Shown here: positions 63,159 through 64,000 of the stretch, piece by piece
Numbering within the stretch: position 1 is the first letter of the stretch
Layout of the letters: each line of letters begins with the position of its first letter
Origin: Nitrospirota bacterium
GTDB lineage: Bacteria; Nitrospirota; UBA9217
NCBI GenBank assembly: GCA_963845065.1
Contig: CAWJQQ010000001.1
Location: 640,001-704,000 of the forward strand
Reading direction: 5' to 3'
DNA: 64,000 nucleotides
Notes under the pieces: model-generated
Database searches by the model: none
Told to the model about the DNA's origin: nothing
The model's input: the letters and a program-made list of their open reading frames with translations, nothing else
Position numbers and translations under genes: made by a program

Positions 63159-64000
63159 TCACTTTTTTTTGAGTGTTTTCCCTATTAATACGGAGCATTT
63201 CGAATGCGTGAGGATATTCCTTGATACGCTTCCCAGTAAACCCTCGATTACCCTGACCCCTCTGCTGCCCACGGCTATTAGCTCGGCTCCTATCTCATCA
63301 CCTGTTTTCAGGATTTCCGTTGAAGGGTCTCCAACTTTGGACAGGACATGGATATGTTTGTATCTTTTATCCAAGACTTTTCTCGACTGTTCAAGAACAT
63401 GTTCAGATTCCGCAAATTCAATCTCCCTCCTGCCAGCCACAGTCTCCTTAATCCGATCATTGATCTCCAACACAAAACGTTCGGGGATATCTGAAAAACC
63501 CGATGCTATTACATTTACGATGGTCACTTCTGTCGAATCTGGAAATGGTATGGTAGATAATATTTCTCCCGTGTCTCGGGAACAGTCGGAGCCATCAGTG
63601 GCAAAAAGGATTTTCAAACTATCAGGATGTGGTATTACCGTAGGCTTTACGGCAAGGACCGGTTTAGTCGATTTTATCGTGACCAACCTCGTTACGCTCC
63701 CGAGAAAGGCCGATGCGATTCCCTTTATTCCCCTCGCACCCATCGCTATCATGTCCATGTTCGCTGCTTCGGCCGCATCCATGATACAGTGCTCGGGGGT
63801 GCATTGGGTTGGTGAAAATTCATCGATCTGAACGCTTACAGTCGCCTTCACCGGTTTTAAAATAGCCAGTGCGGAATCGAGAATGCGGGGTCCGATCTCC
63901 TTTTTTATCGCTTTGAGGGTGCTGAAATAGAACTTTTCGTCATTTCGGAATGGGACCGCGAAGATGGCATGAAATACTGTTATGGAGTCATCTCGGGATA
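63159..64000 (-). CDS. Tandem universal stress protein (start beyond window)
   Basis: ILFATDGS, IAMGARG..LGSV, VGSRG..LGSVS; frame open to the window edge. Confidence 0.9.
   Translation of the reverse strand, partial: SRDDSITVFHAIFAVPFRNDEKFYFSTLKAIKKEIGPRILDSALAILKPVKATVSVQIDEFSPTQCTPEHCIMDAAEAANMDMIAMGARGIKGIASAFLGSVTRLVTIKSTKPVLAVKPTVIPHPDSLKILFATDGSDCSRDTGEILSTIPFPDSTEVTIVNVIASGFSDIPERFVLEINDRIKETVAGRREIEFAESEHVLEQSRKVLDKRYKHIHVLSKVGDPSTEILKTGDEIGAELIAVGSRGVRVIEGLLGSVSRNILTHSKCSVLIGKTLKKK

Noticed and set aside
1..64000. CRISPR array, tRNA, rRNA, retron or DGR
   Set aside because: No repeat-spacer array, cas gene or cloverleaf seen; the only RT is a decayed group II intron RT.

Overview
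64-kb accessory region of an anaerobic bacterium; the gene families (split-Soret cytochrome, DUF134/NifX, sigma-54 small membrane proteins, PilZ brake) suggest Nitrospirota or Desulfobacterota, which is an inference. Most of 1-47 kb is a mosaic of isolated intact genes and many decayed or truncated ones (MazEF, HicA, atpE, DUF302, DsrE, perR/catalase, CheY-like, histidine kinase fragments). Mobile DNA includes a group II intron remnant, three IS110 copies, IS630, an IS1182/IS5-like element with a 4-bp TSD, a tyrosine recombinase + IS91-like Y2 transposase element, and an inverted pair of 143-bp IS200/IS605-type MITEs. The standout is an intact locus at 47.1-56.2 kb: DUF5132 GxxxG protein, HMA2 membrane protein, 22-residue amphipathic repeat protein, HMA2-fused P2A (Ca/Mn-type) ATPase, a MetK paralogue whose methionine-binding residues are replaced while triphosphate/metal ligands are kept, an MntP/YtaF-like protein and a second HMA2 protein. 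Two paralogous double zinc-ribbon genes bracket it, one with a Pho-box-like promoter. It resembles a ferrosome (fez) operon built around a different pump plus a repurposed SAM synthetase fold, and is a candidate undescribed ion/phosphate storage compartment system.
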